Both the position numbers and the translations under genes were made by a program. The notes beneath the pieces were generated by a model. The model made no database searches. It was not told where the DNA came from and worked only from the letters and a program-made list of their open reading frames with translations. This document shows, piece by piece, positions 55,315-63,400 of a stretch of 64,000 nucleotides of DNA. Position 1 is the first letter of the stretch. Every line of letters starts with the position of its first letter. This DNA comes from Bacillota bacterium (GTDB lineage Bacteria; Bacillota; Clostridia; Christensenellales; CAG-138), in contig JAEWUO010000012.1 of the NCBI GenBank assembly GCA_023459335.1, positions 106 to 64,105 on the forward strand, in the 5' to 3' direction.

Positions 55315-55395
55315 ATTAGACTGTTCACCTGCTGTGCGGGGTTGTGGCGGCCGCTACAATAGCTCATCTACCACGTGTAGAAAGAGATTCTGAAG

Positions 55396-55424
55396 ACGTT
55401 ACGCTTAGTGCGTAGCGTTTTTTG
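55396..55424 (+). terminator. rho-independent terminator ending the tRNA cluster
   Basis: ACGTTACGC/GCGTAGCGT hairpin followed by TTTTTT. Confidence 0.75.
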
Positions 55425-55436
55425 CTTTCTATATAA

Positions 55437-55465
55437 TTGACTAGCGGTGAAAAATGTGCTATAAT
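55437..55465 (+). promoter_or_regulatory. phage consensus promoter
   Basis: TTGACT-17-TATAAT. Confidence 0.7.
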
Positions 55466-55498
55466 TATTGTAGAAAGTAAAATAGAAAGGGTGATTTT

Positions 55499-55723
55499 TT
55501 GGAAGTATATATTAAAGTTTTTAATGGTTTTTTGTTTATAAGTAGAGTAAAAACTTCACAAACAAATGTTAAAATTGTTACACCGTCAACAATCTACATA
55601 AATAGAAAAAGGGAAATTGTTGATGAAAAAGAAGGGTTGCCAGTTTTTATCCCATATGACGAAAACCTTACTTATGGAATAATAGAAATCCCACAGATGC
55701 AAGATACAGAGGAAGAGTTCTAA
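55499..55723 (+). CDS. hypothetical protein
   Basis: 74-aa ORF with a TTG start. Confidence 0.35.
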   Translation: MEVYIKVFNGFLFISRVKTSQTNVKIVTPSTIYINRKREIVDEKEGLPVFIPYDENLTYGIIEIPQMQDTEEEF

Positions 55724-55726
55724 GTA

Positions 55727-55755
55727 TTGATTTATGATAATAATTATGATATAAT
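55727..55755 (+). promoter_or_regulatory. phage consensus promoter (TTGATT), upstream member of a tandem pair
   Basis: TTGATT-17-TATAAT. Confidence 0.55.
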
Positions 55756-55812
55756 TATTATAGTAAATAATTCACATTCATTCATTAAAAATATTGAGTT
55801 AAGTTGAATTAT

Positions 55813-55841
55813 TTGACTTTGGTTCACAAGTGTGATATAAT
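55813..55841 (+). promoter_or_regulatory. phage consensus promoter
   Basis: TTGACT-17-TATAAT. Confidence 0.7.
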
Positions 55842-55888
55842 ATTATTATAGTAAAAATAAAATTTAAAAATTAAAGGAGTTTTGAAAG

Positions 55889-56182
55889 ATGAAAAAGATA
55901 ACAGGAAAAAACACAAATGAAACTAGAGAGATATTAAAAAGCGACATTGTTGAAGGAATAGGCGGTATATTTGAATTAACTCAAATAGGTTCTAGTGAAT
56001 ATGCTATAGCCGTTGACACAGATATGGGTGTACGTTATGTTAAATTAAACATAACCGTTGCCGACATGAAAGGAACAAAAACAACGAAACCTTTCAACTT
56101 AGAAGAAAAAGTTGCTGAATATAATGAGAAACTAGAAGCAGCTATAACAAAGAAGTTAACTCAAAAAGCTAATAAGAATTAA
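55889..56182 (+). CDS. hypothetical protein
   Basis: 97-aa ORF with the RBS AAAGGAG. Confidence 0.5.
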   Translation: MKKITGKNTNETREILKSDIVEGIGGIFELTQIGSSEYAIAVDTDMGVRYVKLNITVADMKGTKTTKPFNLEEKVAEYNEKLEAAITKKLTQKANKN

Positions 56183-56206
56183 GAATTAAGTGAAAGGTGG
56201 CGGCTT

Positions 56207-57058
56207 ATGTATTTAGTAAAAGAATTAATCAGAGAAATAAAAAACAATATAAAATATTCACCACGCAAAGGTGGATATATTGGGAATGACTTAACCTACA
56301 ATATAAAAGCCGCCGCCGATGATTTTAATTTGGATTACGACTTTGGTTTTGCCAAAGGTGTAATAAATATGGGTAATGGATATGTTCTTAAATATGGAAT
56401 GAAAGGGTATCAAATTAGTATTAATGATGTGATCAATATTCCCGAGGAAATTGAAGATATGATGGATAATTCCCCTTACGTAACAGAGGTAGAAAGATAT
56501 CTCACTTGTCGCACATGGAAAGAATTATTTTATGGGTTTAAATATGATGATTATGTTGAAAAAGAAATTGCAATTTATAATTCTTTACCAAAGAAATATC
56601 GACACCTTTTCGCAAAAAATATTAAGGTTAAAAATGAAAAACATTTCTATATTCAACTCGCCGCAAAGACAGGCGGCTTAGAAACGGTTTCAGATGAAGA
56701 AATTCAGCAATTTATAGAAGAAAACCAACAAATTGTTAATGAACTATACACCAGAAGTGAAAGGCGTATACCAATATTTTCTAAATGGTTGGGATTGGTA
56801 CTCTATTACTGGAACAGAGAGGAAATCTTGGATATCTTTAAGTTCCTTATAAAATTGTGTGATAAATATCACCTATATCCAGACCTATTCGCTGATAGAC
56901 AGATGGGATTAATTAATGGAAAACTGGTTTTTATTGATTACTCAGGACTTTTTGGTGGGTTAACTAGAAAAGTTACTGATTATAAAGAACACGAACAATA
57001 TATAGAAGATAATTTTTTAGTGCCATTAGAAGAAAGTGAGAGTGAAAATAATGACTGA
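56207..57058 (+). CDS. hypothetical protein
   Basis: 283-aa ORF with the RBS AAAGGTGG. Confidence 0.5.
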   Translation: MYLVKELIREIKNNIKYSPRKGGYIGNDLTYNIKAAADDFNLDYDFGFAKGVINMGNGYVLKYGMKGYQISINDVINIPEEIEDMMDNSPYVTEVERYLTCRTWKELFYGFKYDDYVEKEIAIYNSLPKKYRHLFAKNIKVKNEKHFYIQLAAKTGGLETVSDEEIQQFIEENQQIVNELYTRSERRIPIFSKWLGLVLYYWNREEILDIFKFLIKLCDKYHLYPDLFADRQMGLINGKLVFIDYSGLFGGLTRKVTDYKEHEQYIEDNFLVPLEESESENND

Positions 57059-57239
57059 TTTAGAAATTGTTTTAGCCGTAGTCGTATTCATTCTAGGGTG
57101 CGGCGGCTTTGGACTACTAGAGGAAAATCGCTCACTAAGGGCGGAAAATAAGAAAATGAAGGCAAAATTGAGGCGTTTTGTCGCATCAGTAGCTGATGAA
57201 TATGGAAGAGGTGATGTGAATGACCGTAAAATTAGATGA
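57036..57239 (+). CDS. small membrane protein
   Basis: TM segment LEIVLAVVVFILGCGGFGLL followed by a basic tail. Confidence 0.45.
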   Translation: MRVKIMTDLEIVLAVVVFILGCGGFGLLEENRSLRAENKKMKAKLRRFVASVADEYGRGDVNDRKIR

Positions 57240-57693
57240 TATAAAAAATGGAGACTATATATTAAAAACTATTGATAATGATGGAGAAATTTTTGAATAT
57301 GGTTCATTCTCAGAGTGCCTGTTTAATCTCCTTAAAAATGGAGAATTCTCAGATCTACTAATGCAACTAAAAACTTGCACCTTTTTAGTTGATGGAGTTA
57401 TCGCTCTAAGAAATTGTGAAGTAATTGGGGAAGTATACATTGATATTCCTGACATTATCACAATAAAGATGGAGCATGGCTCATTGACAATAAATATTCC
57501 TAAGGGAGATATAGATATTTTATATGGTAAAGATGATGAACAACCCCTTATCTTAAAATATAAGAGTTTTGATCAAAGTTTTCTTGTAGGAGGGATAAAT
57601 CAACTCTTTCCGCAAGAACACTCGTTTATTACTATTATTAAAATGCTATTATTATCTTCTTGGGAAAAAAAATTAATAAAGGAGGATTATTAA
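57220..57693 (+). CDS. hypothetical protein
   Basis: 157-aa ORF overlapping its neighbours. Confidence 0.45.
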   Translation: MTVKLDDIKNGDYILKTIDNDGEIFEYGSFSECLFNLLKNGEFSDLLMQLKTCTFLVDGVIALRNCEVIGEVYIDIPDIITIKMEHGSLTINIPKGDIDILYGKDDEQPLILKYKSFDQSFLVGGINQLFPQEHSFITIIKMLLLSSWEKKLIKEDY

Positions 57694-57695
57694 CA

Positions 57696-58373
57696 TTGGA
57701 AGTAAAGCTAAGGAGCATAACAGGGCTAAAAAATGCCTTGGAAAGCCTATTTATCTCAAATAGAAACGAGGCGAAATTTGAAGATATAAGTAAGCTATGG
57801 GATAAAGAGAATAAAACAAAACAAGAATTAGAAGAGCTTGACGGCTATATGAGAACTCTTTTTAAGTGGGGATTAAAACACCCTACAATGCTAAGGTTTA
57901 TAAATATTACATTTAAAATAGACGGACTACATCGTGGAGCCCAAGACGACTTAGATGCCCACGCATATAGAATGCATAACAAAATTATTCGCTCTTCAAC
58001 TAGAACGAATAAGTTTGATGTTGAAGTATCAGATTGGTATAAAGACAAAATTTTGTTTCCAGAGCAGGTTTTAGACTTGCCAGAAAATGTAACCTTCAAC
58101 AGTAAAGATTATGTTAAGACACCGTATGGTTACGTTTTAAAAGAGCTTGCAAATAACAGAGATGTTTTGCGAGGTCTTTATCCCTTAGGAATTCCATCAA
58201 ATTGTCTTTTTGAAATGTGTTTACCAGAGTTTGCACATATATACTCACAAAGATACGAATTGACAGCGGCGGCACCAGAGCTGCAAGCCGCCGTAGAAAT
58301 GATGTTAAAACTAATAAATGAAAAACTACCCCTAGTAGATAGGGAATATCTATTGGAATTAAATAAATACTAA
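57696..58373 (+). CDS. hypothetical protein (only a weak ThyX-like pattern)
   Basis: TTG start behind GGAGG. ITFKIDGLHRGAQDDLDAH...IIRSSTR loosely resembles the ThyX RHR...SxR region. Confidence 0.35.
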   Translation: MEVKLRSITGLKNALESLFISNRNEAKFEDISKLWDKENKTKQELEELDGYMRTLFKWGLKHPTMLRFINITFKIDGLHRGAQDDLDAHAYRMHNKIIRSSTRTNKFDVEVSDWYKDKILFPEQVLDLPENVTFNSKDYVKTPYGYVLKELANNRDVLRGLYPLGIPSNCLFEMCLPEFAHIYSQRYELTAAAPELQAAVEMMLKLINEKLPLVDREYLLELNKY

Positions 58374-58440
58374 GGAGGTTTTTACAATAGAAACAAATGA
58401 TATTATAATAAGTGATTTTACAAATGGTGGAACAGTTACT

Positions 58441-58746
58441 ATGATTGGAGTCGCTTTCAAAGACTCTTCAACTGGAGTTATGCAAGTGCGATTTCCAAAC
58501 TATCAAACATTTGCGGCCGCAGATGTAACTGGTTTAACTACTATATGTAGATTAAAAACCAGTTTAGCTGAAACGGCTTATAGAGATTTATTGGTGAAGC
58601 TATGGTTAACACCACCAGTTGTTAACGATATAAATGATATAAGTGCTGGTGCACAGGGAGCTCGAGCAGTCTGGAAAAACAAGTGGCTCGATCCAAATAT
58701 TACAGACATCATTGGAGATGTTAATCATACAATAACTGTATTTTAA
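58441..58746 (+). CDS. hypothetical protein
   Basis: 101-aa ORF. The frame is also open upstream to the RBS at 58374. Confidence 0.45.
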   Translation: MIGVAFKDSSTGVMQVRFPNYQTFAAADVTGLTTICRLKTSLAETAYRDLLVKLWLTPPVVNDINDISAGAQGARAVWKNKWLDPNITDIIGDVNHTITVF

Positions 58747-58748
58747 AA

Positions 58749-58790
58749 ATAGCCTGCAAATTACAACAATTTGCAGGCTATTGATTTTTT
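58749..58790 (+). terminator. rho-independent terminator overlapping the next -35 box
   Basis: AGCCTGCAAATT/AATTTGCAGGCT hairpin followed by TGATTTTTT. Confidence 0.7.
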
Positions 58791-58809
58791 CTAAGAAGTG
58801 TGATATAAT
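58781..58809 (+). promoter_or_regulatory. phage consensus promoter (TTGATT)
   Basis: TTGATT-17-TATAAT followed by TATATTATAGTAAAA. Confidence 0.7.
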
Positions 58810-58838
58810 TATATTATAGTAAAAAAGGAGATGAGAAG

Positions 58839-59510
58839 ATGAATAGATTATTTATAACTGGAGACTTACATTGTCCACTAGATATAGAGAAGTTAGAGAT
58901 TTTTAATAATAACAATGAACTTGATGAAACTGACATTCTTATTATCTTTGGCGATGCCGGCTTGCTATGGGATGATAATGATGAGAGAAAAGAATGGATT
59001 AAAAAAATTGAAAACTATCCATTCACAACTTTTGTAGTTGCTGGTAATCATGAAAATTACGATATGATTGAAAGGTTACCAAAAGTCTTGAAATATGGGG
59101 CGGCCGCAAGAAAAGTTCACTCAAAACTGTTTTATGATGTTAGGGGTTCAGTTTATAATTTCAATGGAAGAAAATGCCTAACAGTCTCTGGTGGAAACTC
59201 AATTGACAAAGAGAGACGCACAATAGGAGTTAGTTGGTGGCCGCAAGAACAAATAACTCTTAATGATGTAGATATGGCAAAAAGAAGCCTTGGTCTTTAT
59301 AATAATAAAGTTGACTATATTCTCACTCATGTTGGAACAAGAAATGTTGTTGAGAGCTTTGGATTTACTCCAGATAGTTGTGTTCTTGCTATGGATGAAA
59401 TTCTTCGTGATGTTATTTATAAGCATCATTACTTTGGACACTATCACTTAGATGAGAATGTTTCAAAGAAACAAACCATTTTATACGATAATTTTGTTGA
59501 ATTAAATTGA
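58839..59510 (+). CDS. calcineurin-like metallophosphoesterase
   Basis: FITGDLHCP, IIFGDAG, AGNHEN, LTHVG, FGHYH. Confidence 0.75.
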   Translation: MNRLFITGDLHCPLDIEKLEIFNNNNELDETDILIIFGDAGLLWDDNDERKEWIKKIENYPFTTFVVAGNHENYDMIERLPKVLKYGAAARKVHSKLFYDVRGSVYNFNGRKCLTVSGGNSIDKERRTIGVSWWPQEQITLNDVDMAKRSLGLYNNKVDYILTHVGTRNVVESFGFTPDSCVLAMDEILRDVIYKHHYFGHYHLDENVSKKQTILYDNFVELN

Positions 59511-59535
59511 CTTCAATCAAATTATATGGTATAAT
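59507..59535 (+). promoter_or_regulatory. phage consensus promoter
   Basis: TTGACT-17-TATAAT. Confidence 0.7.
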
Positions 59536-59567
59536 TATATTATAGTAAAAGAAAGGAAGTATATTAA

Positions 59568-59768
59568 ATGAGAATTGACAGTTCATTTATAAAAAGAGTT
59601 TCATATAAAAAAGGAAAAAGATTGTTAAAACTGGAGATGATTAGTGGCACTTATGAATACTCTGAAGTGCCAAAGAGAATATTTAAGGATTTTTTAAAAG
59701 CGTCTTCGGCGGGAAAGTTCTATAATTCCTTTATAAAAGGAGAATTTCTAAGCCAGAGAATTCAATAG
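59568..59768 (+). CDS. KTSC-domain protein
   Basis: SSFIKRVSYKKGKRLLKLEMISGTYEYSEVPKRIFKDFLKASSAGKFYNSFIKG. Confidence 0.6.
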   Translation: MRIDSSFIKRVSYKKGKRLLKLEMISGTYEYSEVPKRIFKDFLKASSAGKFYNSFIKGEFLSQRIQ

Positions 59769-59787
59769 ATAGAATAGGAGAACACTT

Positions 59788-60537
59788 ATGTATTTTAAAG
59801 AATTAGAGACAAAATCAATAGTAAAACTAGACAAAAAACTGCCAGTTGTTGTTAGATTGGATGGAAAATCTTTTAGTAGCTTTACAAAAAATTTCAAAAA
59901 GCCTTTTTGTGAAGTGTTCTATCTATCAATGCTAGATACAACAAGATTGCTCTTAAAAAGTGATGTCCAAGGTATTGTCGGTGCTATAGTAGCATCAGAT
60001 GAAATATCTATTTTTCTACGGTCTTTTTATGATAGAAAAGGAAATAGGAGTGGATATTTTGATTTCAATGTTCAAAAACTAGCTTCAACTTTAGCTAGTA
60101 GGGTTACGAGAATATTTAATACGTGTTTTAGAAAAAATGTTGAAATATTCTCTGAAAATAGTTATGATGATATAGAAAGAGTAAAAGCATTGACAGCTGC
60201 AATAGATATGGCTGAATTCGACTGTAGAAGTTTTTCCTTAGATTCAACTGGCGAAATATATGACTACTTACTAAATAGACAATCAGACTTTAGCAGAAAT
60301 GCTATCAATATGGCCGCCAGAGAGGAATTTTCTCATAGTGAACTAGTCGGAGTTCCTAGTGCAGTTGTTGAAAACAGCCTTAATCACTTAGGTAAATTTG
60401 TTGAAGATAAATACAAGTTTGGAGCAATATTTATAAAAAGTGGCGGTGAAGTTTTTGAACTTCCATCTAAAAAAGTTTCAAAATTAAAGCAGAAAATAGG
60501 AATAATAAGTAAAGAATTTGAATATTGGGGTGAGTAA
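59788..60537 (+). CDS. Thg1-like protein (tRNA-His guanylyltransferase family, 3'-5' polymerase)
   Basis: FKELE...LPVVVRLDGKSFSSFTKNFKKPF...ASDEISIFL match the Thg1/TLP N-terminal motifs. Confidence 0.65.
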   Translation: MYFKELETKSIVKLDKKLPVVVRLDGKSFSSFTKNFKKPFCEVFYLSMLDTTRLLLKSDVQGIVGAIVASDEISIFLRSFYDRKGNRSGYFDFNVQKLASTLASRVTRIFNTCFRKNVEIFSENSYDDIERVKALTAAIDMAEFDCRSFSLDSTGEIYDYLLNRQSDFSRNAINMAAREEFSHSELVGVPSAVVENSLNHLGKFVEDKYKFGAIFIKSGGEVFELPSKKVSKLKQKIGIISKEFEYWGE

Positions 60538-60540
60538 ATA

Positions 60541-60987
60541 ATGTATTATCAAATAAGAAGAGGAACATTTGAAACCAATAGTAGCTCAGTTCATTCACTC
60601 ACTTTGTGTAGTAAGTCTGATTATGAACGCTGGTCCTATGGAGAGTTATTTTATGAACCATATGGTAGAGGATTCGTGACATTAGAAGAGGTTGTAAATT
60701 CAGAAGAATTTGAAAAGACGGAAGTGTCTAAACATATTAAAGATAATCTTTCTCTATTTAAAGAAATGGCTTATGCTTATGAAGAGCTATCTTATGATGA
60801 TGATTATATGAGAATAATTAACAAAAGAAGCGAAGAGTTAAATAATACCATCAAAGACGAGATTAGAGACATGGAAGTTTATTCTATAGATTCTTTTTTT
60901 GCAAGAAATGATTATGAAACTTTTATTGAATCGAAAAATATAGATAGTGTTAATGTAGTTGCATTTGGCTATTTTGGACGTGATTAG
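60541..60987 (+). CDS. hypothetical protein
   Basis: 148-aa ORF, closely coupled to the upstream gene. Confidence 0.45.
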   Translation: MYYQIRRGTFETNSSSVHSLTLCSKSDYERWSYGELFYEPYGRGFVTLEEVVNSEEFEKTEVSKHIKDNLSLFKEMAYAYEELSYDDDYMRIINKRSEELNNTIKDEIRDMEVYSIDSFFARNDYETFIESKNIDSVNVVAFGYFGRD

Positions 60988-61002
60988 AAAGGAAAGAGAT
61001 TA

Positions 61003-61893
61003 TTGATGATAGGAAAGTACAAAAATGGTAATTATAAAGTGGCAATTATGCCAGATGGAACAAAAATACGAGCAATTCAAGATGGAACAATTCCAAATCC
61101 AGATTTCCCAGAAAATATGGATGTAAAAATAACCAACTATTGTGATATTGGATGTAGTTTTTGCTATGAAAATTCTACAATAAATGGGTGTCATGGAGCA
61201 ATATTAAATCTACCATTTATTAAATCATTGAAACCTTTTACTGAAATGGCTATTGGCGGTGGCGATCCAATGAGTCACCCACAGTTGAAAGAATTTTTAA
61301 TTGAACTAAAAGAACAGAAAGTTATCGCAAATATAACTGTAAATCAAAAAACATTTGAGAATAAGTATTCTCAAATTAAGGAATTAATTAATAAAGGATT
61401 AATCTATGGCGTTGGTATTTCACTAGTTAATCCTTCTTATAACTTCATTAATTTGGTAAAAACTATTCCTAATGCTGTTATCCATGTAATTAATGGATTA
61501 ATTACAAAAGAGCAACTAGCGAAGTTATCAAATCATAACTTAAAAATATTAGTTCTTGGATATAAATCTAAAGGAAGGGGTTATAAATTCATCGTAGAAG
61601 AAAACGAATTTATATCAAAAAATCAGCATTATTTAAAAAATAATTTAACTAAAATTTCTAAACAATTTAGTGTTTTTAGTTTTGATAATTTGGGAATTGA
61701 GCAGTTGGATGCTTTAGCTCTCATTCCTAAAGAAGAAATTCCAAAGTATTATATGGGTGATGACGGTAAGTTCACAATGTATATAGATCTTGTGAAAAAA
61801 GAATATGCAAAAAACTCAATTTCAGAAGAGCGATATGATTTGAGCGATTTATCAACAGTAGAAGAAATTTTTGCTAAAATAAAAGAATTATAA
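61003..61893 (+). CDS. radical SAM protein
   Basis: NYCDIGCSFCY (CxxxCxxC) and GGGDP. Confidence 0.7.
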   Translation: MMIGKYKNGNYKVAIMPDGTKIRAIQDGTIPNPDFPENMDVKITNYCDIGCSFCYENSTINGCHGAILNLPFIKSLKPFTEMAIGGGDPMSHPQLKEFLIELKEQKVIANITVNQKTFENKYSQIKELINKGLIYGVGISLVNPSYNFINLVKTIPNAVIHVINGLITKEQLAKLSNHNLKILVLGYKSKGRGYKFIVEENEFISKNQHYLKNNLTKISKQFSVFSFDNLGIEQLDALALIPKEEIPKYYMGDDGKFTMYIDLVKKEYAKNSISEERYDLSDLSTVEEIFAKIKEL

Positions 61894-61901
61894 TATAAGT
61901 C

Positions 61902-61924
61902 GCCGCATTATATAATTATGCGGC
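61902..61924 (+). terminator. GC-rich hairpin (weak terminator)
   Basis: GCCGCAT...ATGCGGC. The T tract is poor. Confidence 0.45.
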
Positions 61925-61932
61925 TGCTTATA

Positions 61933-61961
61933 TTGATTTTAATTGTTTTTTATAGTATAAT
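61933..61961 (+). promoter_or_regulatory. phage consensus promoter (TTGATT; TTAATATAGAAAG variant)
   Basis: TTGATT-17-TATAAT. Confidence 0.65.
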
Positions 61962-62008
61962 TAATATAGAAAGAAAAAAGGGGTTGGAAGAATGAGAAAT
62001 GTTGGGTA

Positions 62009-62527
62009 ATTAAACTTAGAAAAGTCGGATTTATTATTGGGAGATTTATGCCATTACATAATGGACATATAGAAATGATCAATTCGGCGGCAAAGCAAGT
62101 AGATGAGCTTATTGTGTTAGTTGGATCTATGGGTGCTCCCGTTGGAGAAAGAAACCCATACTCAATACAAGAAAGATTAAAATGGTTAAATGAATGTAAT
62201 GATTTTTGGGAAAAAGATAAAATTACTTTTATTCCAATATTTGATTTGACAAATGAGAATGACTCTAGTTTAGAATGGGGCAACTACTTATATAATACAG
62301 TTACAAAAATTACAAATTGCGAACTTTTAACATACTTCACAAGCGAAAGTGAAGAGAAAATGATAGAGTGGTTTAGCAATAATAAAAAACTCAATATTAT
62401 TTATTTTGAACGATTTTCTAACATTAGTGCTACCAAGATTAGGGAATCGATAAATGGAGATGGACGATATTTCCTAAATAATTGTACAGAAAATGTTATT
62501 AAATATATTTTAAAAGAGGCTTGGTAG
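62009..62527 (+). CDS. nucleotidyltransferase of the NMNAT/NadR (HxGH) family; a non-AUG (ATT) start is proposed
   Basis: KVGFIIGRFMPLHNGH is the conserved N-terminal motif. Half of it lies upstream of the first ATG (62048), in an open frame with no ATG, GTG or TTG. Confidence 0.6.
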   Translation: MKLRKVGFIIGRFMPLHNGHIEMINSAAKQVDELIVLVGSMGAPVGERNPYSIQERLKWLNECNDFWEKDKITFIPIFDLTNENDSSLEWGNYLYNTVTKITNCELLTYFTSESEEKMIEWFSNNKKLNIIYFERFSNISATKIRESINGDGRYFLNNCTENVIKYILKEAW

Positions 62528-62549
62528 TAATGGGGCATATGAGAAGTTA

Positions 62550-62578
62550 TTGATTTTTTTCAAACTATATGTTATAAT
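62550..62578 (+). promoter_or_regulatory. phage consensus promoter (TTGATT)
   Basis: TTGATT-17-TATAAT. Confidence 0.65.
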
Positions 62579-62609
62579 TATAATATAATAAAAAGAAAGA
62601 AGTGGTTTT

Positions 62610-62996
62610 ATGCTAAATAAAAAAGTAATGTATCTCCAAAGTAAAATAATGAAAATAAAGTTAATAATTGAAGAGTTAAAAACAACAAAAACTCTTTCAC
62701 TAACCAAAGAAAATATATTAAAAGAAAATTTGCTACTGCTATTAAACCAAAGTTTAGACTTCTCAAATAGGTTGTATTCAAGTCCGTTATTTATTATGCT
62801 TAGAATAACAAAGGCTAAATTCAATTTAGCTCAAGACTTTAGGGTTGATGTTAGATTTGCATTTATTGACAGCATCAATAAAATTTTATCTTATTCAGCG
62901 GCAGGAATAAGACTAAATAGAACGCATTTAATCTCAATGATTGAAACTAATATTTTATTAGCTGAAAAAGTATTGACTAAAATATATAGTATGTAG
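62610..62996 (+). CDS. hypothetical protein
   Basis: 128-aa ORF behind the promoter. Confidence 0.45.
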   Translation: MLNKKVMYLQSKIMKIKLIIEELKTTKTLSLTKENILKENLLLLLNQSLDFSNRLYSSPLFIMLRITKAKFNLAQDFRVDVRFAFIDSINKILSYSAAGIRLNRTHLISMIETNILLAEKVLTKIYSM

Positions 62997-62999
62997 TAA

Positions 63000-63028
63000 T
63001 TGACTTTGATTCAATTGTATGTTATAAT
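63000..63028 (+). promoter_or_regulatory. phage consensus promoter
   Basis: TTGACT-17-TATAAT. Confidence 0.7.
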
Positions 63029-63060
63029 TATAATATAATAAAAGAAAGAAGTGATTTTAA

Positions 63061-63396
63061 ATGGGCGTTAATATAAGTGCTAAAAATTTAGTTGAATTAA
63101 ATGAGATTTATTATAGACAGCAGTTAAATCTCCTCTTAGGGTGGCAAGACAAAGACGTAGTTGAAGAAATGTTTTTTCAACTACAAGACGCCGCAAGAGC
63201 TGGGAACAATACTGCAACAGTTTTCATAACAAGTTCCATAGGAAGCCAAGAAATTGGCTATAATGATATGTGCAAAGTGGCAGAATGCGTTGAACGTATT
63301 TTCATTAATGGTGGTATAAAAGTTTTCAAAGAATATTCTAAAAATTATTATTGGGAGGAAAAGCCAATAATAAAACTGAATTGCTCTTGGTCTTAA
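63061..63396 (+). CDS. hypothetical protein
   Basis: 111-aa ORF with the RBS AAAGAAGTGA. Confidence 0.45.
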   Translation: MGVNISAKNLVELNEIYYRQQLNLLLGWQDKDVVEEMFFQLQDAARAGNNTATVFITSSIGSQEIGYNDMCKVAECVERIFINGGIKVFKEYSKNYYWEEKPIIKLNCSWS

Positions 63397-63400
63397 TATC

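Noticed and set aside
57696-58373. Flavin-dependent thymidylate synthase ThyX.
   Set aside because: There is only a loose resemblance (HRGAQDDLDAH...RSSTR against RHR...SxR). The canonical RHRxxSxxxxS motif is not present, so it is left as hypothetical.
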